From positions 1 to 62,415 of the forward strand of contig QWPN01000106.1 of the NCBI GenBank assembly GCA_003671185.1: a stretch of 62,415 bases of DNA, written 5' to 3'. The stretch is from Planctomycetota bacterium. Its GTDB lineage: Bacteria; Planctomycetota; Planctomycetia; Pirellulales; UBA1268. The notes below the pieces were generated by a model. It was not told the DNA's origin. It made no database searches and worked only from the letters and a program-made list of their open reading frames with translations. Made by a program: the position numbers and the translations under genes. Below are positions 48,690 to 58,164 of this stretch, piece after piece; position 1 is the first letter of the stretch, and each line of letters opens with the position of its first letter.

Positions 48690-50669
48690 TCAGTCGAGCG
48701 TGATCAGTTCCTGCAGGGCCGCATCCTTCTCCGATCCCTTGGCGAGGAAGTCGAAGCTGCGCATGAACCGCGGCTTGGCCGCTTCGGGGGTCGACGCGTC
48801 CTTGATGATCCGGGCCAGCAGGGCCGGCGTCTTCGAGCCGCGGCTGCGCCACACCACGTCCTTGCCCGCATCGGTCATCAGCTTGTCGCCGACGCGGGTC
48901 AGGTAGGCATCGAGGCAGGCGTCCCAGTTGCCGGCGGCGCCGATGCCGAGGGCCTCCAGGTACCAGCGGTCCCGGCCGTCGTGCTGCAGGGCCAGGGTGG
49001 TCCAGGCCTCGGCCGCGTCGGCGGACGTGATGCCACGCAGGGCGATCGCGCACTCGCGACGCACGCTGGCCGCGGAATCCTCGGACAGCCGCCGCACCAG
49101 CCGCAGCACATCGAGCTTCCGCGCCCTGGCCAGCCGCAGGGCCACGATGCGCAGATCGGGGTTCGCCTCGCCGGCAGCCAGGTCGACGATGGTGTCGGCC
49201 TGCCCGGGAACACTGCCCAGAAACCAGGCGGCGCGGGCCCGCAGACGGTCATCCCCCTTCGTGTTCCAGATCCGCATCACCTCGGCTGCCGCGTCCGGCC
49301 CCTGACCGCCGAGCGCCTCCCAGGCCATGAACCAGGTGGCCGGGTTGGGGCTCGCCAGGGCCGCCGCCGCCCCGGCCGCCGTGGAGAAATCATGGCGTGG
49401 CGGTGCGTAGCGACTACCCGGCGGGGCCACGCGGAAGATGCGGCCCTTGTCGACCTCCTGCTGGTTGTGGCCGCCCACGCCCGGGTCGTACCAATCGCCC
49501 ACGAACAGCGAGCCGTCCGGCGCCACGACGACGTCGCTGGGCCGGTACCAGTTGTCGCGGGCCCCGCGCAGCACGTCGGCGATCTCGGCCGTATAGCCGG
49601 CGCCGTCGGGCCGGGTGACGTAGGCCCGGCAAACGCTGGGACCGGCGTCACAGTGGATCACCTGGCCACGATAGCGGTCGGGAAACAACGTGCCCTCGTA
49701 GACACAGATCCCGGTGGGCGATCCCTGTCCCGTCTGCAGCAGGTTGGGGACGACACCCGGATCGTTCAAGTGCCAGTGCCGCCTGGGAATCTCGGCCTCG
49801 ATGTTCGTCCGCGGCTGGCCCCAGGCGGCCCCGGTGAATTCGTCCTTGTAGCCGTAGTTGCCGAACTCCATCACGTAATTGATGCGCGTGCCCTGGTTGC
49901 CATCGTCGTCGTTGTCTGACTGCCAGATCGTGCCGAAGCTGTCGACCGCCAGTTCCCAGTTGTTGCGGAAGTTCCAGCCCAGCGTCTCCACGTCGCTGCC
50001 GTCAAGCCGGCAGCGAAACACCATGCCCTCCTGGTAGGGCTTGCGGGCGGCGCTGGCTTCGTTGCCGGCCAGGTCGACGACCGGCCGCCCTTCCCTGTCC
50101 TTGAGCTGCCGCCCCTCGTTGCCGAAGTTGAAGTACAGCCGACCGTCGGGACCGAACACGAAGGAATGAATGCCGTGGTCGTGCTGCACGCCCCCGATGC
50201 CTGTGAACAGCACCTCGGTGCGGTCGCTCGCCAGATCGCCGTCGTCGTCATGGAGCACGAGCACCTTGTCGCCCGCCGAGGCGATCACGCGCCGACCGAG
50301 CACGCAGATGCCGTGCACGCTGTCGATCTCCCGGCCCTGATGGAACACCGTGTGCCGGTCGGCCCGACCATCGCCGTCCGTGTCCTCGAGGACGAGGATG
50401 CGGTCCCCGCGAGGCCGGCTGTTGCGGTGCCGGCGGTAGTTCTTCACCTCGCCGACCCAGACGCGCCCCAGATGATCGACGTCGAGACAGGTGACGTTGC
50501 TGATCTCCGGCTCGCTGGAGAAGAGCGTGGCCTGCAGGCCGTCGCCGGCGTCGAGGTTGGCGACGGCGCTGTCCGCCTCGCGCCGCGCCTCCTCCCCGGC
50601 CACCAGGCAGGGACAGGCCACTGCGGCAAACGTGACAACCGTCCGGACGAAGCGCTGCGTGCCGATCAT
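48690..50669 (-). CDS. PVC-type membrane-bound-dehydrogenase domain protein (beta-propeller plus HEAT repeats), no heme motif
   Basis: The start is Met22 of the listed ORF. A signal peptide is followed by LFSSEPEISNVTCLDVDHLGRVWVGEVKNYR and DTDGDGRADRHTVF. It has a sorbosone-dehydrogenase-like propeller and a HEAT-rich C-terminus. Confidence 0.75.
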   Translation of the reverse strand: MIGTQRFVRTVVTFAAVACPCLVAGEEARREADSAVANLDAGDGLQATLFSSEPEISNVTCLDVDHLGRVWVGEVKNYRRHRNSRPRGDRILVLEDTDGDGRADRHTVFHQGREIDSVHGICVLGRRVIASAGDKVLVLHDDDGDLASDRTEVLFTGIGGVQHDHGIHSFVFGPDGRLYFNFGNEGRQLKDREGRPVVDLAGNEASAARKPYQEGMVFRCRLDGSDVETLGWNFRNNWELAVDSFGTIWQSDNDDDGNQGTRINYVMEFGNYGYKDEFTGAAWGQPRTNIEAEIPRRHWHLNDPGVVPNLLQTGQGSPTGICVYEGTLFPDRYRGQVIHCDAGPSVCRAYVTRPDGAGYTAEIADVLRGARDNWYRPSDVVVAPDGSLFVGDWYDPGVGGHNQQEVDKGRIFRVAPPGSRYAPPRHDFSTAAGAAAALASPNPATWFMAWEALGGQGPDAAAEVMRIWNTKGDDRLRARAAWFLGSVPGQADTIVDLAAGEANPDLRIVALRLARARKLDVLRLVRRLSEDSAASVRRECAIALRGITSADAAEAWTTLALQHDGRDRWYLEALGIGAAGNWDACLDAYLTRVGDKLMTDAGKDVVWRSRGSKTPALLARIIKDASTPEAAKPRFMRSFDFLAKGSEKDAALQELITLD

Positions 50670-50909
50670 GCCGGAATCCTCGCGGTCCGTGCCACACGAC
50701 GACCACTGGCACCCGCCAGTCGTGCGCGCCACGATCCCGTCACTTTATCAACAGGGGCGCCTCAGCGGCGCGACTCCGGGAAAAACCGGCGAATTCAGCG
50801 GGCACCAGCGGCTGCCGGCCCGGCCTCCGCAGCCGGCTCAGCCAGCCCGCGCATCGGCGGCGGAACGAGTCCCGCCGCGAAAACCGCCCCGCTGCCGCGG
50901 TTTCCGTTT

Positions 50910-50925
50910 TGGCACGACGAGTGCA
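50910..50925 (+). promoter_or_regulatory. candidate sigma-54 (-24/-12) promoter upstream of glnB
   Basis: TGGCACGACGAGTGCA matches the consensus TGGCACG-N4-TTGCW at 11 of its 12 specified positions, with correct GG-N10-GC spacing. It lies 97 nt upstream of the glnB ATG on the same strand. Confidence 0.4.
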
Positions 50926-50983
50926 TGTGGAGAGATCAGGCGGAAAGCGAGCCGGTCGGTGCGATCGGCCACGACAGACATGA

Positions 50984-51361
<378 letters not shown>

Positions 51362-51367
51362 TTGAAC

Positions 51368-51398
51368 GGCGGCAGGGCCATCCATGGCCCCTGCCGCC
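51368..51398 (+). terminator. GC-rich hairpin immediately after glnB
   Basis: ggcggcagggcc (51368-51379) pairs with ggcccctgccgcc (51386-51398), with one bulge. It starts 7 nt after the stop and is followed only by TT. Confidence 0.5.
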
Positions 51399-51407
51399 TT
51401 GGCCCGT

Positions 51408-51580
51408 CGCGGGGCAAGCCGAGGTTGCCCCGGACGGGCGGCGGCCGGCGTCCAGCCGGCCGTTGCCGCTTCCGCGGCGAGGGTGCGCGACGCTGTGCGA
51501 TGGGGTGGCTTCAACTCCCTGCGGAGTCCGTGCGCCCAACGACCGCGGGGCACGCCGAGGTTGCCCCGGATGGGTGGCGG
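51408..51580. repeat. two copies of a 37-bp hairpin-containing unit, 136 bp apart
   Basis: 51408-51444 reads cgcggggcaagccgaggttgccccggacgggcggcgg and 51544-51580 reads cgcggggcacgccgaggttgccccggatgggtggcgg, with 34/37 identical. Each contains ggggca(a/c)-N7-ttgcccc. Confidence 0.85.
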
Positions 51581-51636
51581 TTGGTGTCGCTTGCCGAGCG
51601 CGGAATCCGTGAGGGGCTGCCCGTGCCCTGAGAGCC

Positions 51637-51912
51637 GGCGTTGCTGGCCAGCGCAGCCATGGATGGCGGAGCGCAGACAGCATCGAGATAGCGGAGCCCA
51701 GGATGGGCGCAGCGATCGTCCGGCGACGGGGCATGGGCAGCCCCGAGCCAGTGTCAGCAGGCGTGCCCTGCCGAAAACCAGCGATGGGTCGGCGTTGCTG
51801 GCGAGCGTAGCCAGGGATGGCGGAGCGCAGACAGCATCGAGAGAGCGGAGCCCAGGATGGGCGCAGCGATCGTCCGGCGACGGGGCACGGGCAGCCCTGA
51901 GCCAGCGTCAGC
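51637..51912. repeat. two copies of a 122-bp direct repeat (period 154 bp)
   Basis: 51637-51758 and 51791-51912 differ at 7 of 122 positions on hand alignment. A 16-nt segment (51613-51628, ggggctgcccgtgccc) is the inverted complement of a block near the end of each copy (51729-51744, 51883-51897). Confidence 0.85.
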
Positions 51913-52407
51913 CCGATATCTCGTCGGGTTCGGCACCTATCTCGGCGAGCAGACTGGCGAGACCCAGAAGTCCAGCGAGACGGTCGAGTTCGCACCGATC
52001 CACGGCAGTCATCCGCCTGACGATCTGTCGCAGGTCGCGCCGACTCTTGTGGCTCCCTTTCGCCGCCCAACAACGTTTTGATGACGCCGCGCCGGGCCGG
52101 GACGCCACCAGCAGTGGCATGCCCTCGAAAACCTCGAGCGGCCCAATTCCCCAGGCACCAGTTCGCGCGGGTAGAGGTCGATCTTCAGCGCCTCCGCCAT
52201 GTCGAACAACTGGAACATCGATCCGTCCGCCACGCCCCGTCGCACGCTCTCGGCGTCGAGGAGAAATCCCGCCTCTTCGGCCGCGGTGATGAAGGAATCG
52301 AGCCCCCGGGCGAGCGGCGCGGTCTCCCACTTGAGCCTGGCTGCGGACAGCGGCCCGGTGCGGGCCACGATCTCCCTGCCGATCAACTGGCGGGCCCAGG
52401 CGTACAT
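51908..52407 (-). pseudogene. possible frameshifted remnant of a nucleotidyltransferase-like (MNT/AbiEii-type C-terminal region) gene
   Basis: Two minus-strand frames carry complementary parts. The first is ...GSMFQLFDMAEALKIDLYPRELVPGELGRSRF (the frame ending at 52009). The second is EVFEGMPLLVAS....SKRCWAAKGSHKSRRDLRQIV...LDRLAGLLGL (the frame ending at 51908). The switch is near 52135-52145. The family call is from memory of motif patterns only. Confidence 0.3.
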
Positions 52408-52568
52408 GGCGGCGGCCCGGGCCACGCGGACATGCAGGGGCAGGGAGTCCTGCAGCACCCGGAACTGTCCTCGAGTTCGCTGCGGGTGGGGTCCATGAAT
52501 CGCATCGTAACCGATGGCACACGCCCCGCCGGACCCGCCTGGTCGTGAGAAAGCCCGGTGGCCTGCAG

Positions 52569-53978
52569 TCAGGTCGCCAGCGGACGCGTCATCTGCACCG
52601 GCACGACCCAGGCGTCGTACTGCTCGGGGGTCACGTAGCCCAAGGCCACGGCCGCCGCCTTGAGGCTCGTTCCCTCGACGTGGGCCTTCTTGGCGATCTT
52701 CGCCGCCTTCTCGTAGCCGATGTGCGTGTTGAGGGCCGTCACCAGCATCAGTGAGTCGTCGAGATGGTGCTGAATGCGGGCCAGGTTCGGCTCGATGCCG
52801 CTCGCACAGTGGATCCGCATCGAGTCGCAGGCGTCGGCGATCAGGTCGGCGCTCTCCAGCACGTTGTGCACCATGACCGGCTTGAAGACGTTGAGCTGGA
52901 AGTGCCCCTGCGAGCCGGCGAAGGCGACGGCGGCGTCGTTGCCGAACACCTGCGCGCAGACCATCGTCATCGCCTCGCACTGCGTGGGGTTCACCTTGCC
53001 GGGCATGATCGAACTGCCCGGCTCGTTCTCCGGGATCGAGATCTCGCCGATGCCGCAGCGCGGTCCCGAGGCCAGCAGGCGGATGTCGTTGGCGATCTTG
53101 AACAGCGCGATGGCCAGGCCGCGCTCGGCCGCGCTCACCTCCACCAGTGCGTCGTGGGCGGCAAGGGCCGCGAACTTGTTGGGGGCCGAGACGAAGGGGT
53201 GGCCGGTCTCCCGGGCGATGAAGGAGGCCGCCACGTCGCCGAACCTGGGGTGGGCATTGAGGCCGGTGCCCACGGCGGTGCCGCCGATCGCCAGCTGGTA
53301 GAGGCCGGGCAGCGCCCGTTCGACGCCCGCCAGCCGGTCGTCGAGTTGGGCCCGCCAGGAGGAGATCTCCTGGCCCAGCGTGATCGGCGTCGCGTCCTGG
53401 AGGTGTGTGCGGCCGATTTTCACGAGGTCGGCGTGCTGGTTCTCCAGCTTCAGGAACACGTCGCGGAGCAGCCGCACCGCCGGCAGCAGGCGGTCGTGAA
53501 TCACCTCCACCGCGGCGATGTGCATCGCCGTAGGGAAGGTGTCGTTCGAGGACTGTCCACGATTGACGTCGTCGTTGGGGTGGACGGGCTTCTTCGAGCC
53601 CATCGCCCCCCCGGCAATCTCGATGGCACGGTTCGAGATCACCTCGTTGGCGTTCATGTTCGACTGCGTGCCGCTGCCGGTCTGGAAGACGACGAGCGGA
53701 AAGTGGTCGTCGAGCTTCCCGGCGATCACCTCGTCGGCCGCCTGCACGATCAGCTTCACCGTCTGGGGCGGCAGTTGGCCGAGCTCGCCGTTGGCCAGCG
53801 CCGCACACTTCTTGAGGATGCCCAGCGACTTCTTCAGGGCCCGCCCCCACTGGAAGCGGTCGACGCCGATCTTGAAGTTGTCGCGGGAGCGCTCGGTCTG
53901 CGCGCCCCAGTAGCGGTCGCCCGGCACGCGCACTTCGCCCATGCTGTCGGACTCGGTGCGAAACTGCGGAGCGGTCAT
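52569..53978 (-). CDS. fumC: class II fumarate hydratase
   Basis: Has the signature [17 protein letters not shown], the N-terminus [26 protein letters not shown] and is 469 aa long. Confidence 0.95.
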   Translation of the reverse strand: MTAPQFRTESDSMGEVRVPGDRYWGAQTERSRDNFKIGVDRFQWGRALKKSLGILKKCAALANGELGQLPPQTVKLIVQAADEVIAGKLDDHFPLVVFQTGSGTQSNMNANEVISNRAIEIAGGAMGSKKPVHPNDDVNRGQSSNDTFPTAMHIAAVEVIHDRLLPAVRLLRDVFLKLENQHADLVKIGRTHLQDATPITLGQEISSWRAQLDDRLAGVERALPGLYQLAIGGTAVGTGLNAHPRFGDVAASFIARETGHPFVSAPNKFAALAAHDALVEVSAAERGLAIALFKIANDIRLLASGPRCGIGEISIPENEPGSSIMPGKVNPTQCEAMTMVCAQVFGNDAAVAFAGSQGHFQLNVFKPVMVHNVLESADLIADACDSMRIHCASGIEPNLARIQHHLDDSLMLVTALNTHIGYEKAAKIAKKAHVEGTSLKAAAVALGYVTPEQYDAWVVPVQMTRPLAT

Positions 53979-54171
53979 GGAACGGGCCTCGACGGATGCG
54001 GGACGGGGACTGATGGGAAGGCGATTGTGCGGCTGCCGATCAGGTTTTTCAACATCGCCAGCGCGGCGCCCCGACTCGCGCCGGTCCGCGAGTCACGCGT
54101 GCTCCGGGGAGCGCACGAGCGGCCTGCTCAGCGCCTGCCCACGCGGCAGGGAGGGCTTTTTCCGCGGACGA

Positions 54172-56913
54172 CTATCGCCGCAGTGGCAGCAGGTGGCCGG
54201 CCGCGGAACGTTCCGCCGCGAGGGACGGCTTGGTGCCATCCGCGGTCGGCGAGGTGCCGCTGGCCGCCTCCTTGGGCTGGGCGAGCGCGAAAGCCAGCCA
54301 GCCGTCGGCGCACACCGCCTGCACGGCCCGCACGTTGGACAGGCGCGGATTGGCCACGATCCGCTCCGGCAGCAGCCGCACGGGCCGCTCTTTCGCGAAC
54401 ACCTTGCCGAAGATCGTGCGCAGGCCGATCTCCATGCGGCCCTGGTGGCCGGGTCCGCTCAGCTGCACGGGCCCGTCGCGCTCGAGGAGCACCTGCGCGC
54501 CGGACGTCGTCGGCTTGTAGGCGACATGCGACACGATGCCGTGCCAACTGCGGCGGCCGCTCTCCAAGGCGTCCAGCGACACGTGGACGTGCACCAGGCC
54601 ATCGCGGCACTCGACCCGCAAGGGCTCCATGGCCGCGAACGTCACCTCCACTCCCTCCGGCAGATCGTCGGGCACCCGCGGCGGCATCCCCAGTCGCTCG
54701 CAGACGAGCCGGGCCAGGTCCTCGAGGGCCAGCCTGCGGCCGGCCAGCCCGAACCGTTCGAAGGCGTTGTTCACCGAAGACTCGTGCACCTGCATGCTGA
54801 GCAGCGCGTCGGCGGGGGCCCGGGGCCGCGGCGTGTGGGCCGCCAGCTGCGCGTCGCCCGCCAGTCGCAGCCGTGCCGTGGCCACGTCGCTGGTCGTCTC
54901 CAGGGCCACGGCCCGCGGCTCCAGTCCCAAACGCACCAGCGGCTCCCAGGCCCGCGTGCGGATCTCCTCACCCATCTCGGTCAGTTGCGGTTCCGCCTGA
55001 CCGTCCACTTCGCGGCAGGCGCGCGAGATGATCTTCTGGTTGACCTCGCGTCTGGCGTCATCGCGATGGTCGTCGTGCTGGTTGCGGACGATGCCCCGGG
55101 CCAGCGATCCCACCAGCGGTACGCCATCGAAACTGGTCTGCACGTTGGCCAACTGGGTCTGGTTCGAAGCGCTGCCGCGGGCGGCGCCCAGGGCCAGTCC
55201 GTTCGTCGACACCTGGATCGGCTTCGCCACGGTGAACGTCGCCTGGCTGCGCGAATGCACCTCGGCGGGCCCCGCCTCCGCCACCGACCGAGACGCCACC
55301 TCGCCGTTGACCACCAGTTCCATGCGGATTTCGCTGGGATGCGGGGTGAAATGCACGGCCGTCGTCTGTTCCACGGTGCGGGTGCCGCGCACCTTCCTGC
55401 CCAGCACGAAATCCTGGAACGGACCGCTCTGCACGGTCGATCGCGGCAGCATCCGCTCCACGAATTCGCGGTGCACGGCGAGACGGAAGTTGGGCGACAG
55501 GTAGTGTTCCTCGACCGCGTGGCAGAGGGCCGCGGCGCCCGGCACGGGCGCCACGCCGATGTCGTGCACGGCGCGTTTCACCGCGGCGGCGTCGGCGGCT
55601 GAGCGCGACGACTCGAAGCGTTCCAGCCAGCCCAGCAGTCGGATGGCCTCTGCGGCACTGACTTCGGCCGCCAGCCCGGCCCCCACTTCGCCGGCCACCG
55701 CCTCCCGTGGCCGGTCCTCGATCTCCCTGCAGTAGGCGGCCGCGGCCCGCCACACCGCCACCCGCCTGGCCAGCGCCAGCGCCGCCCGGCGTGTCTGCGA
55801 CGCCAGCGAGGCGTCGGCCAGGGCGTCGGCCACGGTCATGCCGGCGGGCACGGCCTCGCCCAGCGTGATCAGCGCCGCCTCCGCGCCATCGTCGCGCGGA
55901 CCGCCGGTGGCCAGCGCCGCCTGCAGCGAGTCGAACGCACCGTCGGCCCAGCGCGCCGGCTCCGCCTGCTTGACCGAGGACAAGGCTTTGAGCTGGGCGA
56001 CGAGCCGCGCCGGGTCGGGCCAGCGGACGGCATCGGGCGCCGGTTCAGGGTCGCCCGATTCCAGGCTCGTGATCCTGTCGTCGGTCGGCCGGCGTTCGCC
56101 GCGCAGGCCGCCGAGAGGCCCGCTTCGCAGCCGGTCGAGAATGCGGCCGGCGGGCGGCGCTGCGCCGGCCGCGCGGCCGTCCGTGCGCCGGTCGGCGATC
56201 CGATCCAAGAGCCGCACGGTGCGGCGCTGGTCGGGATCGCGGTCGCTCCCCGGTGCGGCGTCGGTCCAGTTCACACCGTCAGGGTCGTTCCATTCCTCGC
56301 CGGGCAACGGCACGGCACCGGTATCGGCCCGCGCGGCGTCGCCCGTGGGGAGCGGCCGGGGTTGCACGCGGGCGGCGAATTCCCGCAGTGCCTGCGGATC
56401 GACGTCGACAGGTTGTGGCGCGTCCTCCTCCTGCGCGGCGACGGCCGCGGCTGGCTCGGGCAGCAACGGTTCCGGGGTTGCGGGCGCATGGTCGACGGCG
56501 GCATCGCCGCCGGCGGGCAAGGCCTGTGCCTCGATCGCGCGGCTGATGGGCGCGGCTGCGTCACCGAGCGCCAGTCGCTCTGGTGGTCGTGCGTCGAGAG
56601 CCGCGGCCATGTGGTCCAGGTCGCCGACCCCTTCGGCCGCTGGAGCGGCCGCGGGCGCCGCAGCCACGATCGGAGACGGCTCCTGAGGCGAAACATCGGT
56701 CGGCGGAACGACCTCGGCCCGCAGTTCCACGGCCACGGCCAGTGCCGATCCCTCGGCCTCGACCGTGACGTCCTCGAGTCCGAAATACGGTTCCGGGATG
56801 GGGTCGAAAAAGGTTGGCGCGGAAATCAGCGACGCGCACACCAGGCCCGCCACGAACGACGTCCCCACGATCAGGACCGCGTGCCGGTTGGCGTTGCCGA
56901 TTCTCGTCCCCAT
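54172..56913 (-). CDS. membrane-anchored hypothetical protein (913 aa)
   Basis: The start is Met78 of the listed ORF, followed by a TM helix (AVLIVGTSFVAGLVCASLI). It has a P/A/E-rich linker and a large conserved-looking C-terminal region. No family was recognised. Confidence 0.55.
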   Translation of the reverse strand: MGTRIGNANRHAVLIVGTSFVAGLVCASLISAPTFFDPIPEPYFGLEDVTVEAEGSALAVAVELRAEVVPPTDVSPQEPSPIVAAAPAAAPAAEGVGDLDHMAAALDARPPERLALGDAAAPISRAIEAQALPAGGDAAVDHAPATPEPLLPEPAAAVAAQEEDAPQPVDVDPQALREFAARVQPRPLPTGDAARADTGAVPLPGEEWNDPDGVNWTDAAPGSDRDPDQRRTVRLLDRIADRRTDGRAAGAAPPAGRILDRLRSGPLGGLRGERRPTDDRITSLESGDPEPAPDAVRWPDPARLVAQLKALSSVKQAEPARWADGAFDSLQAALATGGPRDDGAEAALITLGEAVPAGMTVADALADASLASQTRRAALALARRVAVWRAAAAYCREIEDRPREAVAGEVGAGLAAEVSAAEAIRLLGWLERFESSRSAADAAAVKRAVHDIGVAPVPGAAALCHAVEEHYLSPNFRLAVHREFVERMLPRSTVQSGPFQDFVLGRKVRGTRTVEQTTAVHFTPHPSEIRMELVVNGEVASRSVAEAGPAEVHSRSQATFTVAKPIQVSTNGLALGAARGSASNQTQLANVQTSFDGVPLVGSLARGIVRNQHDDHRDDARREVNQKIISRACREVDGQAEPQLTEMGEEIRTRAWEPLVRLGLEPRAVALETTSDVATARLRLAGDAQLAAHTPRPRAPADALLSMQVHESSVNNAFERFGLAGRRLALEDLARLVCERLGMPPRVPDDLPEGVEVTFAAMEPLRVECRDGLVHVHVSLDALESGRRSWHGIVSHVAYKPTTSGAQVLLERDGPVQLSGPGHQGRMEIGLRTIFGKVFAKERPVRLLPERIVANPRLSNVRAVQAVCADGWLAFALAQPKEAASGTSPTADGTKPSLAAERSAAGHLLPLRR

Positions 56914-57094
56914 GGTTTGCCCGCCGCCAGTCGCTGGATCAGGAGGAGCGGCCACGAGAGCCGCCCCGTCGCGAATGGATCGACAGGCAGGACCGGAAAA
57001 ATCGATCCACGCGGTCGTGGCCCGCAGGGTCGCACGCCATGGGGCGTGAATCCGGGGGCTGTGGGCAGCCTGGGCGGGCAGGGTTCCGCCGCGG

Positions 57095-58153
57095 TCAGGC
57101 GTCGCCGGCCAGCCGGGGCTCTTCGAGCAGGCTCGTCCAGGCATCGACGAGCACGTTGAGATTCGCGTTACGGTCGACGGCGTCGAGGGCGTCGAGCGTG
57201 TGTTCGAGCGCGGTGACGGCCGCCTGGGGATCGCCCGACCAAGCGCCGATGCCGCGTGCCAGTGCGGCGTCGACGGGCCGGTCGCCGGTCGTGCCCTGAC
57301 GCAGTGCCGCGCGGAAAAAATCGGCGGCCGTCCCCAGGATCACCCGCAGCCGCGCCCGCCGCGGCGGCGCCTCCTTGCCGGCCGCGTCCACCAGCGCCGT
57401 CGTCTCGCGTGACAGCGCCACGCCGTGCAGCGGGCGCCGTCCGAGCAGATCGACGAGCCGGCCGCGAAAGGACGACATGTCGGGATCGAGGAGCAGCCGC
57501 GCCTGCGCCACGCTGCCAGCCGCGGCCGCGGCGCAGGCATCGAGCAGCGCGGCCTCGGGCTGGGCACCCGTGGCGCGGGCGTCGGCTTCGACCAGGCGGC
57601 GGACGGTGTCCGTGGGCAGCGGCCTGAAGCGCACGATCTGGCAGCGCGAACGGATGGTGGGCAACTGCCGTTCCAGCGCCGTGCCCACAAGGATGATCAC
57701 GGACTGCCCCGGCGGCTCTTCCAGTGTCTTGAGCAGGCAGTTGGCCGCCTCGTCGGCCAGGTGGTCGGCGTCGAGGATGATCGCCACGCGTCGGCCGCCG
57801 AGCGCCGGCCGCAGGAGCATGCGCCAGCACAGCCCCTCGCGCATGCGGTGCTCGGCATCACCGATGAAGGCCTCGAGCGGGATCGTGGAGCGGTCCTCCG
57901 GCTTGCGCACGACGTCGATGTCGGGGTGGCTGCCCGCCTGCGCCTGCACGCACGAGGCGCAGGCGTCGCAGGCCGCGAGCTCCGCCCGGGGCGACTGACA
58001 GACGAGCGCCTTGGCGAGCGCCAGCGCGAAGGCGGCCTTGCCCACCCCGGGCGGGCCCACGAACAGGTAGGAGCCGGCGATCCGGCCGCGGTCGTGCGCC
58101 GCCACGAAGCGTGCCGCCACCTCGTCGTGTCCCTCGATGCCCTGCCAGGCCAT
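57095..58153 (-). CDS. holB: DNA polymerase III delta-prime subunit
   Basis: Has GPPGVGKAAFALALAKAL, a Cys cluster (CDACASC), the sensor region KTLEEPP and SRCQIVRF. It lies 11 nt downstream of tmk. Confidence 0.85.
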   Translation of the reverse strand: MAWQGIEGHDEVAARFVAAHDRGRIAGSYLFVGPPGVGKAAFALALAKALVCQSPRAELAACDACASCVQAQAGSHPDIDVVRKPEDRSTIPLEAFIGDAEHRMREGLCWRMLLRPALGGRRVAIILDADHLADEAANCLLKTLEEPPGQSVIILVGTALERQLPTIRSRCQIVRFRPLPTDTVRRLVEADARATGAQPEAALLDACAAAAAGSVAQARLLLDPDMSSFRGRLVDLLGRRPLHGVALSRETTALVDAAGKEAPPRRARLRVILGTAADFFRAALRQGTTGDRPVDAALARGIGAWSGDPQAAVTALEHTLDALDAVDRNANLNVLVDAWTSLLEEPRLAGDA

Positions 58154-58164
58154 GCGATCCTCCC

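Noticed and set aside
47112-49919. 935-aa plus-strand ORF
   Set aside because: It is antisense to three well-supported minus-strand genes (DUF1080, cytochrome c, dehydrogenase domain). It has a low-complexity R/G/A/P composition and no recognisable motif.
47547-50669. The split dehydrogenase / CxxCH genes as a pseudogenised single gene
   Set aside because: The downstream ORF begins with its own plausible signal peptide 9 bp after a clean stop. Both ORFs are otherwise intact, so a natural two-gene arrangement is more likely.
51637-51912. The repeat pair as a CRISPR array or a DGR template/variable-repeat pair
   Set aside because: There are only two copies of a 122-bp unit separated by 32 bp, which is far from CRISPR geometry. 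The 7 mismatches are not adenine-specific on either strand. No reverse transcriptase or cas gene is present in the window.
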